Source of the DNA: a bacterium
GTDB lineage: Bacteria > Zhuqueibacterota > Zhuqueibacteria > Residuimicrobiales > Krinioviventaceae
Direction of reading: 5' to 3'
NCBI GenBank assembly: GCA_963693055.1
Contig: OY843751.1
Coordinates: forward strand, 5,024,001-5,088,000
DNA length: 64,000 nt
Shown here: piece after piece, positions 9,722 to 18,684 of the stretch
Position numbering within the stretch: the stretch's first letter is position 1
Layout: the number at the start of each line of letters is the position of its first letter
Notes under the pieces: generated by a model
Seen by the model: the letters and a program-made list of their open reading frames with translations, nothing else
Told to the model about the DNA's origin: nothing
Databases searched by the model: none
Position numbers and translations under genes: made by a program

Positions 9722-11293
9722 ATGAAAAAATTTGTTACAATTGCTTTTTTAATCATGATGCAGGGTGTGGTTTGGGGACAGTTTAACGGTGGTGACGGCT
9801 CTTCCTCAGCTCCTTACCAGGTTGCTACAGCAACACAGTTGAACAATGTTAGAAATTACTTGTCCGCTTATTTTATTCAGACTGCGGATATTGATCTAAA
9901 TATTTCACCCTATAATACCGGTAGCGGATGGGTACCCATCGGTGATGGTGCAACCAAATTCACCGGAAATTATGACGGTAACGGTCATATCATCAGCAAT
10001 CTCTTAATTGATTCTTACAGCAGCTATATGGGGCTATTCGGCTATACCAACGGTGCGGTTATTTCAAAGCTGGGTCTGGTCAATGTTGACATTACCGGCT
10101 CTGGCAATCTAGGCGCCCTGGCGGGTCAATTAACCGGAGGTTCCGTCAGCCAATGTTACAGCACCGGTTCTGTGACCAATATCGACGCTGGTGAAGTTGC
10201 TGGCGGCCTGGCGGGTGGTGCCACAACCTGCATTATATCCAACTGTTATAGTCGGGCAAATGTGTCAGGTGAAACGCTCGGTGGCGGATTAATAGGCCAA
10301 ATCGGAACATCCTCTTCCTTGACCAACTGTTACAGTGCCGGAACTGTGACCAATGACGCTGAAGACGGATATTCGGGTCTGATCGACCTGAATTTTTCTT
10401 CATCAAATACTTTTGTTGTCAATTGTTTTTGGGACACAGAATCTTCCGGAGAAATTGATAGCGACGGCGGTAATGGCAACGGCGGTACAGGTAAAACCAC
10501 GGTTGCAATGAAAACCCTGGCAACCTTTACCGATATCACTACAACCGGACTCACAACTGCGTGGGATTTTGAGACCAATCCCAATGACGATACCGCGGAT
10601 GACGATATCTGGGACATTGACCTCTCCGGTACCATTAACAACGGCTATCCCTATCTTGCATGGCAGGATGGCGGCGAACGGTCACTGCCGGTGGAATTAT
10701 CATCATTCACCGCAGTGATGGAACACAACAGCGTTCTCCTGCAATGGCAGACCGAAAGCGAAACCGATAACCTCGGTTTTATTCTGGAAAGAAAAGAGGC
10801 ATCCGCTAAAGCATGGTCAGTTATCGCGGATTACAGAAAAACTGCCGATCTACAGGGCAAAGATAATTCTTCTTCTATAAGCCAATATTCCTACACGGAC
10901 AAAAATATTACCACCGGTAGCAGCTATGAATACCGGCTTTCCGATGTAAATATTGAGGGTAAAACTAACATACTGAAATCTGTCAATATCACTACAACTT
11001 TGATTGTACCAGAAAAGACGACTTTATTACCTGCGTACCCCAATCCATTTAATCCCGAAACCCGCATCACCTGGCATCTGGCAGAAAGCGCAAATGTAAA
11101 CATCACAGTAGTCGATCTGCTGGGTCGAACAGTTTCCCGAATACTGACAGACCAGCATCAGGAGAGTGGTGTCTATAACACAACCTGGCATGGTCGTGAC
11201 GATCTGGGCCTGAATTGCCCGTCAGGAATTTATCTTGTCGTGCTCAGAGCCGGCAACTATACTGCTGCTCAAAAAGTCATGCTTGTCAGATAA
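9722..11293 (+). CDS. Secreted GLUG-motif protein with FlgD-Ig / T9SS-type C-terminal domain
   Basis: Signal peptide; GDGSSSAPYQVAT, FTGNYDGNGH and GGLAG/GGLIG repeats; LPVELSSF, YPNPFNP, SGIYLVVL, KVMLVR end. Confidence 0.85.
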   Translation: MKKFVTIAFLIMMQGVVWGQFNGGDGSSSAPYQVATATQLNNVRNYLSAYFIQTADIDLNISPYNTGSGWVPIGDGATKFTGNYDGNGHIISNLLIDSYSSYMGLFGYTNGAVISKLGLVNVDITGSGNLGALAGQLTGGSVSQCYSTGSVTNIDAGEVAGGLAGGATTCIISNCYSRANVSGETLGGGLIGQIGTSSSLTNCYSAGTVTNDAEDGYSGLIDLNFSSSNTFVVNCFWDTESSGEIDSDGGNGNGGTGKTTVAMKTLATFTDITTTGLTTAWDFETNPNDDTADDDIWDIDLSGTINNGYPYLAWQDGGERSLPVELSSFTAVMEHNSVLLQWQTESETDNLGFILERKEASAKAWSVIADYRKTADLQGKDNSSSISQYSYTDKNITTGSSYEYRLSDVNIEGKTNILKSVNITTTLIVPEKTTLLPAYPNPFNPETRITWHLAESANVNITVVDLLGRTVSRILTDQHQESGVYNTTWHGRDDLGLNCPSGIYLVVLRAGNYTAAQKVMLVR

Positions 11294-11372
11294 ATCATTA
11301 ACAACCAAAATCCTGGCAGCGTGCACCTATCTAACAATCTTGATTCTAGCTTTACTTTATTAACACGATTTT

Positions 11373-11409
11373 AAATAATCAGGCGCCCCATAAAAGCGCC
11401 TGACTATTT
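11373..11409. terminator. Bidirectional terminator between convergent genes
   Basis: AAATAATCAGGCGC-9 nt-GCGCCTGACTATTT hairpin. Confidence 0.65.
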
Positions 11410-11444
11410 AAAAACAATTACTTCCACTAGCCCGGAACAACAAT

Positions 11445-11918
11445 TTACAACACCAAAATCAATACAGATGCTGCAATTCCAAAGGATGTTAAAAACATAC
11501 CTCGCTTAAAATGTTTTGTATTAGGCTTGAACATCCACAATGATGAAAGTGCCAGGAACAGCAGCAGAATTCCATAAATCATGCTGAACCAATGGACCAG
11601 ATTCTTGTCGTTCTGTTTATGCAATTGGATCAACTTGTCCACTATTGCCGGATATTGGGTAATCGTATAATTCACAATTCCGGTTGATTTTTCATATGTT
11701 CCGGAATCAAATTGAATCACCTCATCATCTCTGATAACATGAAATTTGCGCATATGTAATGTATTACCAAGCTCATCCGCTGTTAATCCGGATTCAAGTG
11801 TTTTGCTAACTGTCTGCTCTGTTTTCAACAAACCTGTCTCACGACAAATGAGTAAAATTCCACTCAAACCATAAATCAGGGTAAGGCCAATAAGGGAAAA
11901 TCCAATATCCCTATGCAA
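11445..11918 (-). CDS. PepSY-associated TM helix protein (5' end disturbed, possible pseudogene)
   Basis: LHRDIGF...LIYGLSGILL and LIQLHK...LFLALSSLWMF motifs. The RBS-linked ATG at 11994 is out of frame. Confidence 0.7.
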   Translation of the reverse strand: MHRDIGFSLIGLTLIYGLSGILLICRETGLLKTEQTVSKTLESGLTADELGNTLHMRKFHVIRDDEVIQFDSGTYEKSTGIVNYTITQYPAIVDKLIQLHKQNDKNLVHWFSMIYGILLLFLALSSLWMFKPNTKHFKRGMFLTSFGIAASVLILVL

Positions 11919-11928
11919 TGCACGAATT

Positions 11929-11988
11929 AATTGTGATTTATCTTAGAATTGTGATTTATCTTAGAATTGTGATTTATCTTAGAATTGT
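11929..11988. repeat. Perfect 18-bp tandem repeat, 3.3 copies (AATTGTGATTTATCTTAG)
   Basis: Copies at 11929, 11947 and 11965, plus a partial copy at 11983. Confidence 0.97.
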
Positions 11989-12498
11989 TTTCATTTCTGT
12001 ACTCCTTAATAATATCACGCTGTATATACGTCTCTTTCGTCCTAATATTGACATATTAACACATCAATCGAGCGTTTCAAACATTTCACTTGTGGATTGC
12101 TATCCTGATCAGTTGCCTGTCACTTTACTCTTACTTTTAGAAAGCAACAGTTTTTGAAGAGTTTTTACTCGAATCACATGTCATCCATTCAAGAGTTAAA
12201 ACCGACATGTTGGTTCAAATAACGGGGGGCATTGCAAAAAGTTTTAAAAAATATAAATTCATCAGAAATATAATATTTATTAACAAAAATCACTTATCCA
12301 CAAACAATTAAATAATCAGTATTTAACAATTTTTACAAATATTCCAAAAAAAATGATTGTTACAGAGAACATATGCTTGAACCGTACGTTATTCATAAAA
12401 ACGATCAATTGTGAATAGAACTAGAACAATCCAAGCGCTTGCCCCGATATCGGCAGAAACCGTCAATCACTTGCCCTCAACCATTTGGAGGATTCCAC

Positions 12499-14607
12499 AT
12501 GAATGGGAAAAGAGCTACCGCATTAATCATTTTAACATTATTCATCAGTACAATTACCTGGTCACAGGGTTCTTACACCTTTCAACCCCAAATTGACGCA
12601 CGTATGACTGAATTGCTGCACCAGGATGGAATGGTTTTCAAAGATTTGAACAAAAACGGCAAACTGGATATTTATGAAGACTGGCGTAAACCCGTGAGTA
12701 CAAGAGTGAATGATCTGGTCAGTCAAATGACACCAGAGGAAAAAGCCGGCATGCTTTTAATCAACACCATGAACGCAGATACAAAAGGTCGTCTACCCGA
12801 GATCGCCAATCGCTATATTTTCCAGGAAAACATGACTCGCTTTATTTTCAGAAACAATGTAGCAGAAAGGACCGCCAACAATCGGAGCGAAAGACGTGGA
12901 GGTGGTTTCAGACGTACGGAACCTATCAGTCCTTACGAAGCAGCACAGTTTATGAATTCAGTACAAGAACTGGCAGAATCTACACGTCTGGGTATTCCAG
13001 TGCTGTTTAAATCCAACGGTAGAAATCATTATACTCACTCGGCACAGTTGGGCATTGATGTAAGCGCGGGATCTTTTTCCGCATTTCCCAAAGAAGCAGG
13101 CCTCGCCGCGGCAGCACTGGGCGAAGGTAACATGGATGTGATCAAAACATTTTCCAAAATCATGGCTATGGAATGGTCATCCATTGGTTTGCGCGGCATG
13201 TACGGTTACATGGCAGATCTGTGCACCGAACCCAGATGGAACCGTTTTTCCGGCTGCTTTACCGAAGACGCGGACCTGAATTCAGAAATCATGGCAACCC
13301 TGGTTACCTACCTGCAGAGAAAAGATGTATGGCATAACAATGTCTATTTAACTATGAAGCACTTTCCCGGTGGCGGCCCCCAATTAGATGGATTTGACGC
13401 ACATTATAGATATGGCAAGGACCAGGTATACCCCGCCAACATGTTTGATTATCACTGGAAACCCTTCAAAGCCGCTATTGATGCGGGTCTGTCAGCAATT
13501 ATGCCCTACTATGGTGTTCCGGTAGGTGGCCCCTATAAACCCAATGATGTGGGTATGTCTTATTCGAAAGGTATTGTCACGGATCTGTTGAGAGTAAAAT
13601 TAGGATTCAAAGGAGTGGTCAATTCCGATACAGGCATTATGCAGAACATGCCCTGGGGTGTTGAAGACAAATCCATTGATGAACGGGTTGTCATGTCGGT
13701 CAATGCCGGTGTGGATGTGTTGTCCGGATTTGATAACAATGCCCAGGTACTGGGCATGATTGGTAATGGAATTACAGAGGAACGGATTGACGAATCCTGT
13801 AAACGCATGCTGACCGTACAGTTTGAACTGGGACTGTTTGAAAATCCCTATGTCGATCCGGTTCGTGCGAGCACGGTAGTTGGACGTACCACGCATACAC
13901 AAGCAGCCTTTGAAGCGCAAAAAAAATCTATTGTGTTACTGCAAAACAAAGACATTCTCCCACTTCCTGCACCCACTAAAGAAAATCCGATTACAATCCT
14001 CACCATGGGAATGAATGCAGATATACTATCCAAATACAGCAACGCTCAGGATGAAGGTGGTTTTGGTTTTGGGCGCAGAGGTAGAGATGAAACACCTACC
14101 TATACCGTAGTAGACGGTAACGACAGCACCCTGAATATTTCTACGGTTGATGCTGATTACGCCATTATCCGTGTAACCGCAAGGTATAGCGGTGGGACCG
14201 TGTGGTTTGTACCCTGGGACCAGCAAAATCCTGGCAACGGTTATGGTATGCTATCCCTCTCGTCAATGGATGAAACAGACTGGGAACTGAGTCCATCATT
14301 AACAGATATTCAGACCGCGATGAAGCAAGTGGGAGCAAAAAATACAATAATCTCCATCTATTTCAGTCAGCCCTTTGTTTTAGACGAACAATGCGGCATT
14401 CGCAATGCCGGTGCCATTCTGGCGACTTTTGGAGTAAGGGATGATGCACTGCTGCAAGTTCTGACAGGCGCCTTTAATCCACAGGGTAAAATGCCTTTTG
14501 CGCTGGCAAAAAGCCAGGCTGCTATTGAAGCTCAGGATGAAGATGCTCCTGGCTATCCCGAAAAAGACACACTTTTCCCATTCGGATTTGGATTATCCTA
14601 TAAATAA
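12499..14607 (+). CDS. Glycoside hydrolase family 3 (beta-glucosidase-like), secreted
   Basis: FKDLNKNGKLDIYEDWR, KHFPGGGP, IMPYY, NSDTG nucleophile region, LFPFGFGLSY. Start ATG 12499 behind GGAGG, followed by a signal peptide. Confidence 0.92.
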   Translation: MNGKRATALIILTLFISTITWSQGSYTFQPQIDARMTELLHQDGMVFKDLNKNGKLDIYEDWRKPVSTRVNDLVSQMTPEEKAGMLLINTMNADTKGRLPEIANRYIFQENMTRFIFRNNVAERTANNRSERRGGGFRRTEPISPYEAAQFMNSVQELAESTRLGIPVLFKSNGRNHYTHSAQLGIDVSAGSFSAFPKEAGLAAAALGEGNMDVIKTFSKIMAMEWSSIGLRGMYGYMADLCTEPRWNRFSGCFTEDADLNSEIMATLVTYLQRKDVWHNNVYLTMKHFPGGGPQLDGFDAHYRYGKDQVYPANMFDYHWKPFKAAIDAGLSAIMPYYGVPVGGPYKPNDVGMSYSKGIVTDLLRVKLGFKGVVNSDTGIMQNMPWGVEDKSIDERVVMSVNAGVDVLSGFDNNAQVLGMIGNGITEERIDESCKRMLTVQFELGLFENPYVDPVRASTVVGRTTHTQAAFEAQKKSIVLLQNKDILPLPAPTKENPITILTMGMNADILSKYSNAQDEGGFGFGRRGRDETPTYTVVDGNDSTLNISTVDADYAIIRVTARYSGGTVWFVPWDQQNPGNGYGMLSLSSMDETDWELSPSLTDIQTAMKQVGAKNTIISIYFSQPFVLDEQCGIRNAGAILATFGVRDDALLQVLTGAFNPQGKMPFALAKSQAAIEAQDEDAPGYPEKDTLFPFGFGLSYK

Positions 14608-14611
14608 TCAA

Positions 14612-14896
14612 TTCACCACCGGGAGGTCTGGACCTCCCGGTGGTGAAAAAATGATCGCGATGCAGATGTCTGCATCGCGCATATTTTTAAGGGACATTCG
14701 TCCCGTACAATAACATCAATATCAGGACAAATGTCCTGAAAATAGTTCAGCGCGGCATGAATATGCCGCGCGATCAAGTTTCCATTCCATATATACCAAC
14801 AGTTTCCAATTATTTGGGTCACATTACCGACTCGCTTTAATTACTGCGTCCAAAATGAAATTTTGGACGCAAATTATACGCGAAACTCTGTTTCGC
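14612..14896. repeat. Cluster of seven REP-like palindromes
   Basis: Perfect hairpins at 14612-14647, 14656-14679, 14691-14704, 14722-14739, 14750-14771, 14845-14871 and 14880-14896. Confidence 0.85.
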
Positions 14897-15063
14897 AAGG
14901 TTTTCAATCCATTTCTATCGATTGACATAAACCATCAAATGTTCAAGTCTAAATCCACCATAAAAAATTTTAAAAATTGATTAGAATTTCTATACGTTTA
15001 TTTGTAGATTGGTTCTATAACCCAAACACAAATAACCAAACAATCAACAATCGGATAATAATC

Positions 15064-15660
15064 ATGGATACACGTATCACATTACCCGCTCCGCAAACAG
15101 ATCTGAATTTTTCGCTCATGCAGGCCCTCGCCGAAAGACGGACCCTGCGCAAATGGAAAGACGAGCCGATTTCGGAGCAGGATTTATCCAATTTGCTATG
15201 GGCTGCCTGCGGTATTACCAAAGAACCAAAAGGCAAGACCAAATGCAAACGAACAGCGCCATCCGCTTGTAACTCGCAAGAGATACGGGTTTATACCCTG
15301 CTTGAAAAGGGTGTGTTTTTATACCATGAAACGGCCCACGAACTCGTGCAAATCATCCCGGACGATATTCGGGAGCATGTCGGCACGCAAAAAATGATGA
15401 AATCCGCTCCCCTGGGACTCGTGTATGTAGCGGACCTATCCAGAATGAACAGTCCGTTTTTAAAAAGCTATGAGGCAAAAAAATTCTCTGCCTGGGTAGA
15501 CACGGGATTCGTCAGCGAAAACGTATATCTCTATTGCGCGGCCGCAAACATGGCATCCGCCGTACTGTCACTGGTAAAGCGCGACAACCTCGAACAACTC
15601 ATGCAACTCCAGGAACATGAAAAGGTGGTATTGACGCAGGTGGTGGGGTATAGAGTGTAA
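15064..15660 (+). CDS. Nitroreductase, SagB/ThcOx-like family
   Basis: ALAERRTLR, LSNLLWAACG, KRTAPSA, VDTGFVSENVYL, VVLTQVVGY. Start placed at ATG 15064. Confidence 0.88.
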   Translation: MDTRITLPAPQTDLNFSLMQALAERRTLRKWKDEPISEQDLSNLLWAACGITKEPKGKTKCKRTAPSACNSQEIRVYTLLEKGVFLYHETAHELVQIIPDDIREHVGTQKMMKSAPLGLVYVADLSRMNSPFLKSYEAKKFSAWVDTGFVSENVYLYCAAANMASAVLSLVKRDNLEQLMQLQEHEKVVLTQVVGYRV

Positions 15661-15686
15661 TGCAATATTTTTTTGTTTTCCCACTA

Positions 15687-15750
15687 CTCGTTCCCAATCC
15701 GCCGGCTGACGGATTGGGAACGCAATGACATGGATAAACTCTGATTATCC
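15687..15750. repeat. REP-like palindrome CTCGTTCCCAA...TTGGGAACG with a GC-rich internal insert
   Basis: CGTTCCCAATCCG-CCGGCTGA-CGGATTGGGAACG (15689-15722), followed by a short GGATAA-ACTCTGA-TTATCC hairpin. Confidence 0.75.
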
Positions 15751-16300
15751 AATATATAATCGTAAATAATTGTTTAAATTATAATAAAAAATATATAAAT
15801 TAATTTTTATAATATGTAATCATTACTAAGGGGAAAAAGAATGAACGGAATAAATATAAAAGATGCTACAGAATTACTAAGTTATGCAGCTTCACATGTT
15901 ATTGGATGGAATCCTTATGAAACATGGCATTTATTAAAAAAATATGCTTCAAAATTAAATAAAGATGAAAAGTGGCTTGATTGGATCTTAGATAGCTGGC
16001 CACTACAATATTATAATGAGATCGAAAGCACAATAAAAATAAATCTGTATAAAAAAGAAATAATTTTACCACAAGTAATAATTTATGATAATACCCTTGA
16101 AAATGAATCACTCGATAAGTTTAAAATAAAAATTAACAATAAACAAAAAGAATATATTGTTCCTATTGAATATTCAGAAAGAAATAATGGAGTCATAGTT
16201 TATTATGAAAAATTAAAAAGAACCCTGTTTCAAAATGGAAATGTGAAGTTATTTGATGGGGCATGTGCAAGATTGTATGATTTTGAAGAAACCACTAAAA

Positions 16301-17727
16301 GAGACTGTAAACTTTTTTGTGTAAATGAATAGTAGTGCTATATTTGGATTTTCATCCTGTCTTTAAATATAATAGAAAATTGAGAAACAACAAAGGCCCA
16401 GTTTCTGATGGGCTGCGACCATTTTTTAGCAATATCCCTGTAGGCCAGAAACAGCATTTTTTTCAACGCATCATCGTGGGGGAACAGAGATTTGGTTTTA
16501 GTGACTTTGCGAAGCTGCCGGTGCAGAGCCTCTACACTATTTGTGGTATAGATCATTCGCCGAATTTCTTCGGGATATTTAAAATAGTTGGACAGGTTGT
16601 CCCAGTTTTTTCTCCAGGAATTGATAACAATGGGATATTTGGGTCCCCATTTTTGTTCAAGGCGATCCAGTTGCAGTTCAGCGTTTTCTTTAGTTGTGCT
16701 TTGATAAACCAGCTTCAGATCTTTGATAAATTCTTTTTGATGTTTTGATGCAACATAACGAAGCGAGTTACGGATTTGATGGATGATACAAAGCTGGACT
16801 TCAGTATCGGGAAAAATGCTGGCAATAGCATCCGGAAAGCCTTTCAGCCCATCTACGCATGCAATCAGAATATCTTCAACCCCACGGTTTCGTATATCGG
16901 TTAGAACAGACAGCCAGAAATTGGCGCCCTCGGACTGGTCGATCCAAATACCAAGTAAATCCTTAAAGCCTTCACCATTGATCCCCAGTACAGTATAAGC
17001 GGCCTTGTTTATAATACGCCCTTCGTCACGTATTTTATAGTGGATAGCATCCAAATAAACAATAGGATAAACACTATCCAACGGTCTTGACTGCCATTCA
17101 ACGACAAGCTCGCGTACCCGTTCGGTAACATTGGAAATAAATGTTGGGGAAGCGTCCAGGCCGTAGAGTGTTTCCAGATGGTCTTTGATGTCTCTTGTAC
17201 TCAGACCTTTGGCATATAAGGCAACGATGATTTCATCTATTTTGCCCAGATCACGCTGGTGCTTTTTGACAAGTACCGGGTCAAATTCTCCATTCCGATC
17301 ACGGGGGATTTTGATGTCAATTTCACCAAAATCTGTCTTCACTGTTTTGCTGCTGTGACCGTTTCTACTATTACCACTGTTATCACCTTCTGAAGAATGT
17401 CTCTCATAGCCCAAGTGCTGGGTCATTTCAGCTTCCATAATTTGGTCTGATATGCCCCTAATCAAATTCTTGACCAGACTATTTTTGCCCAGCAGATCGT
17501 CTGCTGTCTTGCAGTTTTCAAAATCTTTTTCAAGTTGTTTAATAATTTCAGGTGTAAGTTTCATTGGTAAATTCTCCTGTATTTAATAAAATGTAATATT
17601 TGTTTTTAAAACACAAGCGAATTTACAGTCCCTTGGAAAAGTGTGTGCAAATCAAAACTCGAAATTCAATAACCCTACGGGTTATTGAACCCTTGTTCAT
17701 GATTTACACAAAAATCTTTACACTTCC
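16301..17727 (-). mobile_element. IS256-family insertion sequence, 1427 bp
   Basis: 26-bp imperfect terminal inverted repeats (GAGACTGTAAACTTTTTTGTGTAAAT vs GGAAGTGTAAAGATTTTTGTGTAAAT, 21/26 identical). 8-bp target duplication CACTAAAA at 16293-16300 and 17728-17735. Confidence 0.95.
16338..17564 (-). CDS. IS256 family (Mutator-type DDE) transposase
   Basis: NSRNG, IPRDRNGEF, YAKGLSTRDI, WQSRPL, YLDAIHYK, VDGLKGF, QLCIIHQIRNS, IYTTNSVE. Confidence 0.97.
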   Translation of the reverse strand: MKLTPEIIKQLEKDFENCKTADDLLGKNSLVKNLIRGISDQIMEAEMTQHLGYERHSSEGDNSGNSRNGHSSKTVKTDFGEIDIKIPRDRNGEFDPVLVKKHQRDLGKIDEIIVALYAKGLSTRDIKDHLETLYGLDASPTFISNVTERVRELVVEWQSRPLDSVYPIVYLDAIHYKIRDEGRIINKAAYTVLGINGEGFKDLLGIWIDQSEGANFWLSVLTDIRNRGVEDILIACVDGLKGFPDAIASIFPDTEVQLCIIHQIRNSLRYVASKHQKEFIKDLKLVYQSTTKENAELQLDRLEQKWGPKYPIVINSWRKNWDNLSNYFKYPEEIRRMIYTTNSVEALHRQLRKVTKTKSLFPHDDALKKMLFLAYRDIAKKWSQPIRNWAFVVSQFSIIFKDRMKIQI

Positions 17728-18477
17728 CACTAAAACTTTTGTTTTCCAAAAATCTTATTACTTTGATTACTTAAAAACCAACTGTGCTATGGATAATCCC
17801 AATGCAGCTAAAACATTGCGAGAAGAGTTACATGGTACTGGACATAAGTTACTATCATTAAAATCATCACCATTAGTAAATCATTTGGGATTTAATATAC
17901 TTATATTCTCAAAAGGTGGTGACCTTATCGTACAACGTAGAACCAAGAATGTACTAGTCAGACCGGATGAATTGTGTTCATCAGGTTCGGGTGCGATTAA
18001 CTTTAATGATGTTGAAAACAATTCATTAAAACAAAAAAGTTTTGATCAAATCCATATAACCAGAGAAGTAGAAGAAGAGCTTGGTTGGGAAGTTGCAGAT
18101 AGTATTAAAGGGAAGTTAAAACTATTGGGTTTAACAAGAGAATTGATCAGAGGGGGGAAACCGGAACTTTTTTTTAGTGCAATTTCTACCCTTAACACTA
18201 ATGAAATACAAAAATGCTACAAAAAATCAGAAGGAAAAAAGCAACAACTTGAAAGTAAAGAATTGATTACATTTAATATCAGTCCTTACCATTATAAAAA
18301 AAATCCAGAATTAGAGAATAAAAGTAAATCAGGTGAATTCAAAGAATCATTCACAATTCTTTTGAATAATATTGGGAAAACTGGTAAAATCTCTATCCCC
18401 TTATTAACTAACTTGGTATTATGGTATAAATACAAAGTCAATGGGAATATATAAAAGATTTATATTTTTTTCTTGAG

Positions 18478-18673
18478 TCCACCTGACGGTGAACAATCCC
18501 ATTAAAATGGGATCTACAAGTAGAACGAAATTCATCTTGATAATGGTGACGGAGAGTATCTCCGTCACCATCGAATCCTATAATCCTTAAATCCTATAAA
18601 TCTTAATTCAGACAAAAATCACCGGGACAAATGTCCCGCAAGAACATTCCGAGATGCAGACATCTGCATCTCG
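18478..18673. repeat. Second cluster of REP-like palindromes
   Basis: Hairpins at 18496-18513, 18543-18571, 18623-18638 and 18650-18673; GTAGAACGAAATTCAT at 18520; AATCCT short repeats near 18575-18600. Confidence 0.8.
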
Positions 18674-18684
18674 ATCCAAATCCT

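Larger units (their letters stand above)
15841..18454 (+). pseudogene. Low-GC Nudix-like hydrolase gene (392 aa when rejoined), interrupted by IS256
   Basis: Removing 16301-17735 joins ...FEETTK to TFVFQKSYYFDY... in frame. The C-terminal half has NHLG, QRR, REVEEELG (Nudix-box core) and GGKPELFF. Confidence 0.85.

Noticed and set aside
11929-11988. Possible CRISPR array
   Set aside because: Repeats are contiguous with no spacers, and there are no cas genes.
11918-12157. Plus-strand ORF with IVIYLR repeats
   Set aside because: Only the translation of the 18-bp tandem repeat, antisense to the PepSY gene leader, with no RBS.
12008-12480. Riboswitch or ncRNA in the long divergent intergenic region
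   Set aside because: No cobalamin, TPP, SAM or FMN consensus recognised on either strand; an Rfam search would be needed to exclude it.
14612-14896. Possible CRISPR array or integron attC sites
   Set aside because: The hairpins differ from each other, lack RYYYAAC/GTTRRRY ends, and no integrase or cas gene is present.
17600-17735. 5' part of the 284-aa ORF as a real gene start
   Set aside because: It lies inside the IS end and target duplication; the true upstream half of the gene is 15841-16300.
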